Below, in pieces: positions 26,101 through 37,139 of a stretch of 64,000 nt of DNA (positions are counted from its first letter, which is position 1; each line of letters begins with the position of its first letter). The notes under the pieces are model-generated. The model made no database searches and was not told where the DNA came from. It was given only the letters and a program-made list of their open reading frames with translations. The stretch is from Eledone cirrhosa. Lineage: Eukaryota. The stretch is from the NCBI GenBank assembly GCA_964016885.1, contig OZ024742.1:300328001-300392000 (forward strand), written 5' to 3'. The translations under genes and the position numbers were made by a program.

Positions 26101-29100
26101 TTTTTTGGCATAGTTCTTACAGAAGCTCTTTCCAATTTGTTGCAAGTCTTTACAAATCTAACGTATATTGTTGAAAAAAATCAGTGATGGAAATGAGTTT
26201 TATAAACTAGGGGTGGGCTAAGGTCCATGAAGCAGGTGGGTAGGGAAGACACTATATTTGTTCTTGGCTCTCTGCGTTCAAATCCTACTAAAGTCAATTT
26301 TGCCTTTCATCCTTTCAGGGTTGATAAAGTTCCAATCTAGAGCAAAGAGTTAGCAAAATTATTAGTGTTTAACAGGATGTCTTACAGTTGTTCTGGCTCT
26401 AAGCATTCTGAGTTTAAATCATACCTCCTGTCTCCCGAAAAATAGTCAGTAGGTAGCACTGGGGCACATGGTTTTGATACAAAACTGCCTCTGCTGCTTA
26501 TATCTAAGTCTTTATAATGAGTACCAGCAGCTGCAGAAAATGAGTTAACCATTGCAACTAACTGGCATCATTAAAACACCAAAGAAACTTCTTATAAGAT
26601 GCCAGCTGAACCTATAAAGGTGTAAGCTGTAATAACAACAAAAAATTATACTAGACGGGTTGGAGGACTGTGATGCTTATATATTTCCTTTTTTTGCATC
26701 ACTTCTATGGCTGGATGTGCTCTCTAACACCAACCACGTTACAGAGTGTACTGGGTGAAAAATTTCCTTGTTGCTTGCGAGACTAAAGTTCTCTCTACTA
26801 TATGTAGTCTCCATTTTTTTCCAAGGCAATATAACCAGGCGTGAAATAGAAAGGAATTAATGACCAAGTGGCTGGGGGGAAGCAATGGATGCATATGTGT
26901 GAGATGGGAGGAAACAATGATAGTATGGTAAGGAGGGAGATAGTATGTGACAGCTGTATTTGGTTGTAACTCAAAAATCGCGAAATAATACTTTTTTCTC
27001 TTTCTCACTCTTCTAATTAGAATAGTTATGGATTATGGAGGCAGTGATATCACAAGATGTTTCCAGTGGTTGCTAACTAAATCTGGGTTCAATCCTCAAC
27101 ACCTGAAAATATCTGACACTGTTGACACAAGACTTATACAGGAATTCAAAGAAACTTATTGTCACATGGATCAGGTAATATTTTGTTATTTTAACATTTT
27201 TTATACCAAAACTGCTTGAAACTGCTCCTTGTTCTATATTAGCTATTTGTTTTAAACTGTTCATATTTGAATTTATATCTTACATCATAATTTTATGTAA
27301 GCCAAATTCCAGCTTGATAATGTAAAAGTGAGTTATTTTATTAATTTGATTATTTTCAAAATTAATTGTAGCACATAGTCAGTGTTTTTTATTATAAATA
27401 TAGTAACAAAAGGATTAATCTTCAGTTATGTTGATACATTAAAGACCCCTTAGAATGTCCTTCCTCTTGTATAATTTCTACAGTCTTTTATCCATCTTTG
27501 ACACTGAGGTAGCTGCTAGCTCCTCTGGGTTTTTCTGATGGAAAAATAAGGGCACTGTTCTGATGTACAGCATGTCATAGGCATTGAAATTTAGTGGAGT
27601 TCATTTTTCTTCAGGACAGATGACCATGTCTTGCTCATATGTTCTAGTTTGGCATGGTTTTTACAGCTGGATGCCATTCTTAATGCCAACTACGTTACAG
27701 TGTGGACTGGATTCATTTTATTTTGATACCAACACTGATATTTTACAGGGTGTACTGGATTTATTTGATCATGTTCATAAATATTTATTATTTAATATAT
27801 AATTCGTTTTTTGTCTGTTTTTTTCCCAATTTAGCAACAAGATGGTGTGTATGAATACAATATACACATTAAAAAGCCACAAAGTTTGATCATCAAATAT
27901 AATTCTGTGAAACTTGGAGACGAGTGTGTTCTAGCACCATTGAGCTTATTTTTTATTGATATGTTGGCCCTTCAAGGATCCCAACTCTGCCACACACAGC
28001 AAAGATATGAAGGAGATCCCGATGACCCTCATGATGATTTTTACTTACTTCAGACCCAGAGTCAGCAACAACAAGTAAGGAATGAAGTTTGTTGATGTTT
28101 CTTATTATATGGAATATATGACGAGCGCTCTTCGACCTGTCTAGTCTCAGATGATTACAATCTCCAACTCATTGTTTTATGTCAGCTTTCCATGAGTTAT
28201 CCTTTCACTAAATTTATCTTAGATTTTCACCATCATCATCATCATCCATTTACCATACTGGCATAGGGGAACGGGTTATCATGTTTTGAGACTAGACATG
28301 ACAGATGACCATATCTTGCTTGTAGGTTCCATTTTGGCATGTCTCTTTTTAAGGCTGGATGCTTTTCTTAATGCCACCTACTTTTCAACATGTACTGGAT
28401 GCATTTTATCCTGATACCAGCACTACCACTATCAGCATAGACTTTACAGTGTACTGGGTGCATTTTATCATCACTTTTTGTCCTCCTTTCATGCTGGCAT
28501 GGATTGATGAGTTATGGTTTGAGTCAGTTCTTATTCAAAGTTACTGCATGTCATAAATGTTGGCATGGTTTATTCTAGATAGTAATTTCATAATTGAAAC
28601 TTCATTTTAGAAAGAATAGAAATGAGAATTATTGAGTGGATGAGCAGGGTATCCCTCATAGAGAAGACAATGAATTGCTGAGCAAATAGAGCCAGTGATG
28701 AATGTTCTCAAGAGAAATGGAATTAGACTGTTGGGTCATGTGTTGAGGGAAGATGAAAGTGACTGGGTGAGAGGAGTGATGGGAATGAATATGGAAGGAC
28801 ACAGTAAGGAGAAGACCAAGAAAGATGCCTTAAAATGTTGGAGGAAGAAATGACTGTTTGGTTGCAAATGATAAGAAAAAAAATGAAGTTTGCCATTGTT
28901 GTTTTGTTATAAACTTTACTTTGTATTTATTCTATAGGCTGCTCGTTTGAATGCAGCTCGGAAAAAGGAGAATGTTGAAGCAAGTTTAAACCAGCTGGAC
29001 ACATCATTCAGTCAATATGAAGATACTAATTTGAGCCATCCCCAGCTAGTAGATGAAGACTCCTATGATGGTCCAGACAATTTCTCTGGAAATGATACTT

Positions 29101-29418
29101 ATAAAGGAGAGAGGAAGCTAGATATAGAAGAAGAGGAACCTCAAGATATTGGTCCGATGTTGCAGCTTATGGGTATTGATCAAGCTATTTTACATAGCAT
29201 AAATAAACTCAGTGAGTTTCTCTTTATCTTCACAGCATTACAAAATCTCATTTACTCAGTTTTGTATATGTTTTTATTTTCTATATAGATTTATTTTTTC
29301 TGTGTAGTTGTGTGATCAAGAAACTCCATGGTTTCATGTTTGGTCCTATTGTATGACACTTTGGGTAATTGTCTTTGACTATAGTCTGAGTCAGATCAAT
29401 AATTTGGGAATGAAATTT

Positions 29419-29458
<40 letters not shown>

Positions 29459-32172
29459 TATATACATACATGTGTGGTTGTGTAGGCGCCACGAAAAAAA
29501 GCACCCAGCACTCACTGTAAATGAGGTTGGCGCTAGGAAGGGCATCCAGCTGTAGAAACCAAGCCCAAATCAGTTCTGTATGAGCAAGAAATGGTTACCT
29601 GACCTAGCATTGCTCACACCAGGATAACTCGTTTAACCCTTGCCTGCATGGAAAAATGGACGTTAAACAGTGATGATTATATATATATATATATATATCA
29701 TCATCATCACCGTTTTACGTCTGTTCTTCCATGCTAGCATGGGTTAGACGGGTTGTCCTGTTGTGGGCAGTGTCTGGTCGGCTGACCATGCCTTGCTCAT
29801 ACAGGAACTGATTTGGGCTTGATTTCTACAGCTGGATGCCCTTCCTAGCGCCAACCTCATTTACAGTGAGTGCTGGGTGCTTTTTTTCGTGGCACCTACA
29901 CAACCATATATACCAAATTTCATTCCCAAATTATTGATCTGACTCAGGCTATAGTCAAAGACAATTAGCCAAAGTGTCATACAGTAGGACCAAACATGAA
30001 ACCATGGAGACTCTTGATCACACAACTATATATATATATATATATTGAGGGTGGTGGATTGGCAGTATCGGTAGAGGGTCGGACGCCATGCTTTGCAGCA
30101 AAGAGTTACGGCCCTTTATGGTCTGAGTTGAAATCCCGTCGAAGTTAACTTCGCCTTTCATCCTTTCGGGATCGATAAAATAAAGTACCAGTAATGTACT
30201 GGGTAATTTCTGGCCTTGTGCCAAAAGTAGAAACAATTATATATATATCACTGTGTCATAAGAAGGGTTGATGTTAGGATGGGCATCTGGCTGTAAAACA
30301 TTGTCTCAAAAAGTCCTATCTAACCCATACCTGCATGGAGAATTCCGCATAAAAATTCTGGTAATATCAAATATCATTTGTTAAATGAATGATATCTTCT
30401 TGCTCTTGTTTGATGAAACTAGTCATTCTAGGTCAGTGATCCCATCTTGTTCATTCACTCAATTTTTTATTTGTTTTTTCTACAGTGTATATGCATGTTT
30501 ACGCCTCATCACTCAGCAGTTTAAAAAATGATATTGATTGAATAAGTACTGGGTTTGATATGATGGACTAAATCTCTTGAAGACAGTGTCCGAACATGAA
30601 CCAATAAAAGAATTCAAGAGGACCTAATTTATTTACTTTTATTTCAGGTAATGATGAAATCAAAAAGAAAATGTATAGCTGTATTCTTGTTGTTGGAGGT
30701 GGGTTAAATATCCGTGGGGTACAAGGCTGGATTCAACATCGTTTATGGTCCCAAATGCCTGTTCAGTTCAGATATACATTGGAAGGAATGGATGTTATTA
30801 CTAGAGCTAAGGTATATATATATATTTTCTTTAATTGCAAGATTTCCCCCGTCATCTCTATCCCTGGTTTTCAACCCTTTCACAACCCCCTTTATTTATT
30901 TTAAAAACTTTTTTTGGTGGGGGTGGTTCTTATGTTCTCACTACAATTACTCCCCTCCCAGATTGTTATGCAGTGAGAAAAACAATCGAAAGAGAGAAAT
31001 GATTATACTTCGAAAAGAATGAATACCCAAATGTGTGTGCATATATTTTTAACAAAGTAAAGGAAATTTTCATGGATCTCCAGTACTACCTCTGCAGACT
31101 CCTGGTTGGGAATTGCTGATCTACATCATTGTCTCCTAAATTTCATGCTTTAGTAATTTTTTTTTTTTTTTTTTTTAGTATTTCACAGTCTTTAGTTAAA
31201 AAAAGTTAGTCTGTTCCAAGTGTGAAGGCTTATCAGGTTGGAGTTTATCTTAGTTTCATTGGCATTAAGCAACTAAGAGTACAAGACTTTCCTCTGGATA
31301 GGCTGCCAGTCTATCACAGTTTTAACATCCAACTGCTGTTCACATTTATTTTAAGCTGAGTTGACTGGTGTAACATAAAGCAAAGTATTTTGTGTTGATA
31401 TACACATTTTAAAAACAGATTTGTATTATAGAACCAGGGAGGGTTTCAGGTGGTTTGTTATCAAATGGGTTAATGGTTGAACACTACCAACAAACCTAAT
31501 GGCATTTGGACATAATGTTGAGTAAATTAACATGAGTATATGGCTTCATCTCTTCTTCATAGCATACTTTGCTCGCAACAGGATAACTTGTTTAACCCAT
31601 GCCAGCGTGGAAACGTGGACGTTAAACGGTGATTTTCATACTGCCATTTCAGAGTCTAGGTGATAGAGTAAACATGATAGGTTGCCTTTACTTTCCATGT
31701 TCAGACAGGGGAAGGGAACAGAACTCAAACTTAAAATGCTCTAATGAATACAGCAATGCTAAGCTCTTACAATTTCAACAATCCATCAACATTGGACTGG
31801 CAATTTATTTATCAAACTAGAAAAAATGAAAAGTAAAGGTAATCTTGGCAGTACTTGAACTCTGAGTGCAGAGAGCCAAACTAGATATTGCAATGTATTT
31901 AATACAATTTGCTAATGACTGCCAATTCACTGCCTTATGGATTAATGTAATTCTAATAATTTTTTTTTAAATCGTTCATGCATACATGTATATATTTAAA
32001 GGCTAATATGAATGTTATCTATTATTAGGATATGGAACCAAATTTAATTCCATGGAAAGGTGCCTCTGTACTCTCCTGTTTAGATACCACTCAGGAACTT
32101 TGGATACGACAGAAGGAATGGCAGCAATGGAGCGTACGTATCTTACGAGAGCGAGCACCATTTATATGGTGA
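11016..32172 (+). CDS. ACTR8: Actin-related protein 8 (INO80 complex subunit), 13 coding exons, about 756 aa
   Basis: join(11016..11112,12827..13236,13853..14023,15469..15579,16735..16839,23385..23558,25161..25271,25452..25567,27021..27174,27835..28074,28938..29211,30648..30811,32029..32172). All introns GT-AG, phases consistent, 2271 nt. Arp8 motifs: VIHPGSQNLRIGRA, HWPIRYGQLNIH, DVGDQKTSVCCIEDG, GDPDDPHD, LDTTQELWI...RERAPFIW*. Exons 1-2 rest on splice and phase logic only. Confidence 0.93.
12827..13236 (+). CDS. ACTR8: ACTR8 exon 2
   Basis: TTTTAG acceptor, open 136-codon frame ending KRLYPQSLPYLE, GTGAGT donor, phase 0 into exon 3. Confidence 0.78.
13853..14023 (+). CDS. ACTR8: ACTR8 exon 3
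   Basis: PIQVNHVIVIHPGSQNLRIGRASDSLPVVIPHCVARRHK...ECQ, AG/GT boundaries. Confidence 0.95.
15165..15432 (+). mobile_element. 3' end of a second RTE-like LINE family (also 9625-9985 on minus and 12513-12712)
   Basis: Encodes a decayed RRPRGRP...LGWSRLGI C-terminus with a (GAA)n-like tail; three related copies in the window. Confidence 0.7.
15469..15579 (+). CDS. ACTR8: ACTR8 exon 4
   Basis: HTEAKLQQRRGLKQAEEALLSWPNNLGEYRSATSQKQ, AG/GT boundaries, phase 0. Confidence 0.88.
16131..16313 (+). mobile_element. tRNA-derived SINE (Nin-domain-like); further copies near 605-720, 12108-12230, 30056-30240, 35125-35300 (plus) and 24010-24085, 45690-45800, 47050-47200 (minus)
   Basis: A-box-like TGGCAGTATCGG, B-box GAGTTCAAATCC, conserved TTGCCTTTCATCCTTACGGGGTCGATAAAATAAAGTACCAGT body repeated many times in the window. 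Confidence 0.82.
16735..16839 (+). CDS. ACTR8: ACTR8 exon 5
   Basis: LATYNSCVLGEWTDTHSSLNWTSTIDKPEFLIGEE, GTAAGC donor. Confidence 0.92.
17267..17736 (-). mobile_element. 5'-truncated copy (3' end) of the same RTE family
   Basis: Reverse-complement similarity to about 21068..21523, including the (GAT)n tail. Confidence 0.88.
18100..21523 (+). mobile_element. Near full-length, inactivated RTE-clade LINE (APE, RT, PHD finger) in ACTR8 intron 5
   Basis: APE motifs NVGTL...CIQETRW...GDLNGHVG (18169..18606). RT motifs QFGF, AFVDLEKAFD, GVHQGSVLSPLLF, NADD in place of YADD. Cys4-His-Cys3 segment, then RLRWYGHV and GRPRKTW. Several frameshifts and stops; (GAT)n tail. The 5' boundary is approximate. 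Confidence 0.92.
21768..23234 (-). mobile_element. Non-autonomous Helitron carrying an internal tandem array
   Basis: Minus strand begins A|TCTATATATATAAAACTG and ends with hairpin CCCGAGCAACGCCGGG, an 8-nt spacer and CTAG|T: canonical TC...CTRR ends in an AT target. Confidence 0.72.
22035..22775. repeat. Tandem array, 91-93 bp unit, about 8 copies
   Basis: Unit TGTGTTTTCTAAATTTAAGACAGTAGGGAGTGGTGTGATATGAGGGAGAGTTAGCTGCTGTTTCTAGCAGGTTTAGTGACCTCATAGAGGATA; nearly identical copies. Confidence 0.97.
23385..23558 (+). CDS. ACTR8: ACTR8 exon 6
   Basis: ALYVRTSDCYNLHWPIRYGQLNIHDGPGGTFSAVLADLETIW..., GTAAGT donor. Confidence 0.95.
25161..25271 (+). CDS. ACTR8: ACTR8 exon 7
   Basis: DYRVVLLISDVYVHKHVKAMMNILLNNLGFSAAIIHQ, GTAAGT donor. 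Confidence 0.95.
25452..25567 (+). CDS. ACTR8: ACTR8 exon 8
   Basis: ESVCATFGAGVSSACVLDVGDQKTSVCCIEDGLSHRNT(R). Confidence 0.96.
27021..27174 (+). CDS. ACTR8: ACTR8 exon 9
   Basis: IVMDYGGSDITRCFQWLL...KETYCHMDQ. Confidence 0.95.
27835..28074 (+). CDS. ACTR8: ACTR8 exon 10
   Basis: QQDGVYEY...KLGDECVLAPLSLF...EGDPDDPHDDFYLLQTQSQQQQ. Confidence 0.95.
28938..29211 (+). CDS. ACTR8: ACTR8 exon 11
   Basis: AARLNAARKKE...LMGIDQAILHSINKL, GTGAGT donor. Confidence 0.93.
29305..30028. repeat. About 720 bp fold-back containing two tail-to-tail RTE-derived repeats
   Basis: 29305..29675 is the reverse complement of about 29700..30028, with (TA)n at the centre. Confidence 0.93.
30056..30240 (+). mobile_element. 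tRNA-derived SINE, full-length copy
   Basis: Close match to 16131..16313; flanked by (TA)n. Confidence 0.8.
30648..30811 (+). CDS. ACTR8: ACTR8 exon 12
   Basis: (S)NDEIKKKMYSCILVVGGGL...MDVITRAK. Confidence 0.95.
32029..32172 (+). CDS. ACTR8: ACTR8 exon 13 (terminal)
   Basis: DMEPNLIPWKGASVLSCLDTTQELWIRQKEWQQWSVRILRERAPFIW-TGA. Confidence 0.96.
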   Translation, partial: DMEPNLIPWKGASVLSCLDTTQELWIRQKEWQQWSVRILRERAPFIW

Positions 32173-32258
32173 ACTAAATTGTTTTGCAAAGTTATCTCAT
32201 CATAAATCACACTGCTATGACATTTTTCATTACCATTTGTAAAATTTCCCCATGTTAA

Positions 32259-32264
32259 AATAAA
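32259..32264 (+). terminator. Probable ACTR8 polyadenylation signal
   Basis: AATAAA about 87 nt after the stop codon, followed by T-rich sequence. Confidence 0.55.
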
Positions 32265-32329
32265 AAGTTAACAAAGCAACATTATTTTTCAAATCTTTTT
32301 TAATTTGGGTGATAGGCATAATCTGTTGC

Positions 32330-32545
32330 CCAGTTTAACACCACCACCTGAATCTTAGGTGCCTTTACCAGACCTGCCAACCTCTAAAACCCCAAACAAA
32401 GGAATAACATGAAAAAAAGTGCCCCAAAATGGGGAGATTTTACATAATGAAAGCTATACCTTTTTCACAAGAGAAGACATCTCTCACCCACACCAAAGTG
32501 GGTGGGAGATCTCCCCGTCGGACAGGGAGTGTTGACAGATCTGCT
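32330..32545. repeat. Dispersed repeat, reverse-complement copy at about 61365..61545
   Basis: Shared GAGATTTTACATAAT.AAAGCTATACC...AGAGAAGACATCTCTCACCCAC.CCAAAGTGGGTGGGAG. Confidence 0.8.
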
Positions 32546-33339
32546 TTACCAGAGTTCACTCTGTTGCAAGCATTTGGGACAGATTTCCGGTTTGAGGATA
32601 ACTTCCTCCTTCCTACCAATCTTGGAGGCCCTGAAAACAGTCATATCTACTGTTCTTCCATCCTTGACTAAACACGAAAAAAAATGTTTATTTAGTCACA
32701 GATCAACCTTAATCAAGCAGTCAGTCATTCCAGCAGTGACCATCCCCTCTTTTGTTTAAGAATAGTGTATATCTGAATTAATTATCGAACATGTTCACCC
32801 ATCTTTAAGTATGGAAACACCTCTTCAGAAATCCAGTTGTCAGTAAGAGATAGATAACATCCAGGAAAAAGGGATCTCGAGAAACAAATGAAGGTTGCTT
32901 TGGCATGTGAGAATATGAATGTACGCTAAGGGAACTAACTCGTGAGTCATGATGCGGGTGTTGGCAGTGACCTTGTCGTAATACCTCTACCATGACTACC
33001 AACGTTATTTTTTTGACACAATTTAATACAGATCAGTAATAAAATGCCTGCCTGATGAAGTTGGGGACATTTTCAGGCATTTCAACAGAGTTTTATGATC
33101 CCGTAAATTACTTTAAAAATGGTTGGCGAAAAGTATGACTTTCGATTGGAAGACTGCACTGTAAAATCGTATTTTAACTGATAGTAACTAAAAGTACAAC
33201 TTTTGCATGAAGACATTTTTGAAACACGTGCGTCAACTATACGGACATTTTTTTTTTCAATTCAGTTATCACTCCATCTTTTTAAGTTCTAACTTAAAAC
33301 ATGTGCTACAACTATCATCCAAATGCAGTATGAAAGGTG

Positions 33340-33950
33340 AAAAAAAAGTTGTTATCGAAGTGGTCTTTTCAAGTGCTAGAAATAGCAACCCTATTCAAAA
33401 AAAAAAAAAAGAAGAAAAAAAAGGTAATCGAAGTGGTCTTCACAAATGCTAGAAACAGCAGCCAAATTCGGTGTCATGGGTAAAAAAAAGTGTCCAAGGA
33501 AGTGGCGTTTATACATGCTAGAAATAACAGCCAAATTCAGTGTAAATGGTGACAAATGTTATGGAAGTGTTTTTTACACGTTCTAGAAATAGCAGCTAAG
33601 TTCAAGATGAAGGGTCAAAAGACGTGGTCATCGATGTAGTCTTAACACGTACTAGAAATAATAGTAAAATTTTGGGCGAAGTGTTAAAAAAAAAATTTAG
33701 TCATGGAAATGGTCTTTACCAGTGCTAGAATTAGCAGCTAAATTCATGATGAGGATTTTTAAAAATGGTCACCCAAGTGGTCTTTACACGTGCTAGAAAT
33801 AGTAACCAAATTCAGGATAAAGGCTAAAATGAATTGTCATCGAAGTGCTAGAAAAGCAGCCAAAATCAGCATGAAGTATTAAAAAAAAAAAGTGCTAATC
33901 GAAGTGGTCCTCACAGGTATAAAAAAATAGCAGCCAAACTCAGGATGAAG
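33340..33950. repeat. Degenerate tandem array, about 70 bp unit, about 9 copies
   Basis: Recurrent ATCGAAGTGGTCTT...GTGCTAGAAATAGCAGCCAAATTC. Confidence 0.85.
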
Positions 33951-34229
33951 GGGGGGGGGGAAATGTGCTCATGGTTTGTTTACACACACGCCTCTCTCTC
34001 TCTAAATAGATAGATAGAGAAAAACATGTAGATACTTATCTCCCGTGCTGGTGCCATGAAAAATGCACCTAGTAATCCTGTAAGGTGGTTGTCAAGAGGA
34101 AGGGCATCCCGCTGTAGAAACTTATTTATTGGTGGCATATCATTGTGGTATGGTTTTTTTTTTTTTTTAATTTTTTTTTTTTTTTAAAGACCGAATAGAG
34201 ATATGTAAAACGAATCGCGGTCTATTCAT

Positions 34230-35050
34230 CAGTACAACGTTAAATAGGCCTGTATGCTTCTATTTTTCCAACCTGTGACGTTCGAAACGTTTGAGGGACT
34301 TGAGTCTCTGATAGCGAAGTTCTTGTTGTCGTTGGCAACTGACCTTCTTGACGTATCAGTTGATGCCCGTGAGGGTGCTTGGGTGTTCCAGCGCCTTAGC
34401 CTCGTTATCAACTGCGGTTTTGCTTGCATCAGGAAGTATTAGAGAGGGGCTCCGGCACCTCTTGCGGTGTATGACCGATTTACATAATCCACTTTCATCT
34501 TCCACCAAACTGCTGGCATTGTGAATTAGAAAGCGTTTTGGCTTGCCTCAAAGATTTCCGTTGGCGTGTTGTGTTGTGCGCCCGATTGTCGCACTTAGTA
34601 GTGAATTGATGGTCGTTTTTTTTTCTCTTCTTTTTCTCGCTTTGATCATATATTTTGGTGCGTTATATTTGTGAGGTTCCTAGCAATAATTAATTGTATC
34701 CTAAACGGACGGTAGTCCGTTTAGTAATATTGTTGTGGTCGTGTTTTCGTTGGCATTTATAATATGTTTATAATTTCATTCTGAAAGTATTGTGAACAAC
34801 TTGTCCGCGGGGTGCAGTGCCATCACCGCCACGCCCTAGCCCCAGAGCCCATTTCCCCCACCATTCTTCTGTGACCCTAGAGCCCTTGCCTATCCTTCCT
34901 TTTTCGTTTTTAAATATTAATACAATTTCAAGTTATAGTGTGTAGGGTACCTTAATAATCTGTCTGAATTAGAGCCCTTGCCTTTCGCTTCCCTTTCCAT
35001 TTTTTTAAAATTTGTAATGTTGTTTATACAATTGTAAATAAAATTATCGA
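34230..35050 (+). mobile_element. 3' fragment of a CRE-type LINE
   Basis: FFQPVTFETFEGL...KFLLSLATDL...DAREGAWVFQRLSLVINCG, followed by the shared UTR motif (GTCCGCGGGG...GCCCTAG...CAGAGCCC). Confidence 0.68.
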
Positions 35051-35124
35051 CTACAAAAAAATCGTATTGTTATTCATACAACTGTGAATATAACCTATGT
35101 TGTATGTTAGAAATCATTATTTCA

Positions 35125-35300
35125 GATTGGCAGTATCGGTAGAGGGTTGGACGCCATGCTTTCTAGCATAGTTACGTCCGTTTACGGTTTGAGTTCAAAT
35201 CCCGTCGAGGTTAACTTTGCCTTTCATCCTTACGGGGTTGATAAAATAAAGTACCAGTAATGTACTGAGTATTTGCTGGTCTTGTGCCAAAAGTAGAAGG
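35125..35300 (+). mobile_element. tRNA-derived SINE, full-length copy
   Basis: Close match to 16131..16313; TTATTTCAGA occurs on both sides (possible target-site duplication). Confidence 0.8.
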
Positions 35301-35489
35301 TTATTTCAGAGGAGAGAACTCCCTCTCGTGTCAATATTAAACAGTTACCTTCCTTGAGCTACTATTATTTTTTATATTATTTATAGCAAATCAGGGACGA
35401 TTACCGACAATCTTGTCAGCAGGAATTTATTATTATCTCCCTTAACAGACTTTTTTTTTTTATATGGGTTCTATATAAGAACATTTTTT

Positions 35490-36310
35490 TATTGAAATAA
35501 AGAAATATCGAGTAGTAAAAAACAACAAAAAAACTGTACAATAGGGAAACAATAAAGAAACAAAAAAAAAAACGAAAAGAAAATAAGAAAAAGGGGAAAG
35601 GGAATGAAGCAACAAAAGTAAGGAAGAGGGGATGGGGTGACAGGCTCTACAGCCCAGTCTGAGCAGAGGTTCAGCTGTGCGTCATAGATAAATGGCAAAA
35701 GTATCGCCGTGGAGAATGGCCAGCAACATCTGCTGCAATAGTCACTCGACCTCACGGGGCTCCTTCTGGTGGGCTGTTGTCTCTCCAATTTTACAAAGGA
35801 AATCAGAAGTGCAGTGACCGGGAACACCTGAGGTCTCAACAGTCACTGGTACGGAAAGGAAGTGATCGGTCAAGCCCCAGTATTTAGTTATCTTCCGCTT
35901 CTCTGCGTTGCGGCTGGCTGTACTCAGGTTTGCAACCAAAACGACAAAGTTGGGGATGAGAATGAGTCACAACATGTCGTGTCCCATATTAGGGATTTAC
36001 CCCCCCCCCCCCCCTCAAATGGGATGAGGGTTATTCTGTCAAGGTGCTTACCATCACCATGAGCGAGAGTAGTTAGCCCCAGTTGTGATTAGAAGCCAGT
36101 TACATCAAGGCTTCTTTTGATGATGTCGTTCAGAGCTGCATGTCGGAGGAACCAGCTCATGCTATGGCAGCATAATAGCTGGTGCAGACCAAACTCTTCA
36201 ACAAAGACGCCACAGTGGCATTTGTGTAACTCACTTGCGTAGCAAGGCACAGAGGCAGGCCACTCAGATGCAAGTGCATTCACCATCAAGAAGGGTACTG
36301 GTTGACGAGG
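35490..36310 (-). mobile_element. Degenerate CRE-type LINE: CCHC knuckle plus restriction-like endonuclease
   Basis: CHCG...GLHQLLC...RHAALNDIIKRSL; DGKHLDRITLIPF (decayed DGKRPDG); LIWDTTCCDSF; AEKRKITKY...PVTVETSG...FLCKIG...EPRE, with frameshifts. Confidence 0.8.
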
Positions 36311-37094
36311 AGGACACCAAATTGTGCTATGCACTGCTGTTTGGTCACTTTCTTTTGTTTAGAAATTCTAGCAGAGATGTCTTAATTTCAAGCCTTATGG
36401 CTAGAAATACGTACAGACACCATAGGTTTCACAACATTACACATTTAAATCGATTTAACTGGATGAGCTGTGCTAAACACCTTCATTTCTCATCCAAGTA
36501 GTACATTGTGTAACACTGAGTAGCAGCGATTCTACAGACATATCTGTAAATGCATACCAGCCATGATACACTCCTATTTCGTCCAGACATATATCCCGGC
36601 ATAATGGTAAAGGGTTTGTTAAATGTCTTATGTCCACTGACATTGCCATAGATGATCAAGTGAGGGATTCTCTATGTTGGCTTAGTCTACTGTTGTAATT
36701 CCATTCATATCTTGGACGTTTAACACAACCTGTCTAATGCTTAGACAAACCGATGACAAAACCTCTTGGTAATCTTAGTCCTTCATTATAATTATATTCA
36801 CATCTAGAATGTTCTATACAAATATCAAATCAATCTTATTGCTTAACTTGTAATTATACAGAGAATGGAAATGCTTTGTGTTAATAAAAGATTTCTATGG
36901 TAATTCCATTTACATTTACGGTGCATTATAGGGATATTAAATATATGCTAGTATTTACTGCTACATATACAAAAAAAGAAAGAAAAAAAATTAGGGTCCC
37001 TCTAGAGGCCTGTTTTCACTGCTCAGTGTGTTCCATTTTCATTTCAATCTTTGGGTAGCAGCTATCTATTCAATTTTTCATGACATTTTTCAGC

Positions 37095-37139
<45 letters not shown>

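Noticed and set aside
33042-33095. CTGATGA followed by a GTTG/CAAC stem
   Set aside because: No GAAA after the stem; at best a decayed relic. The same applies to about 24539, 44013 and 44506.
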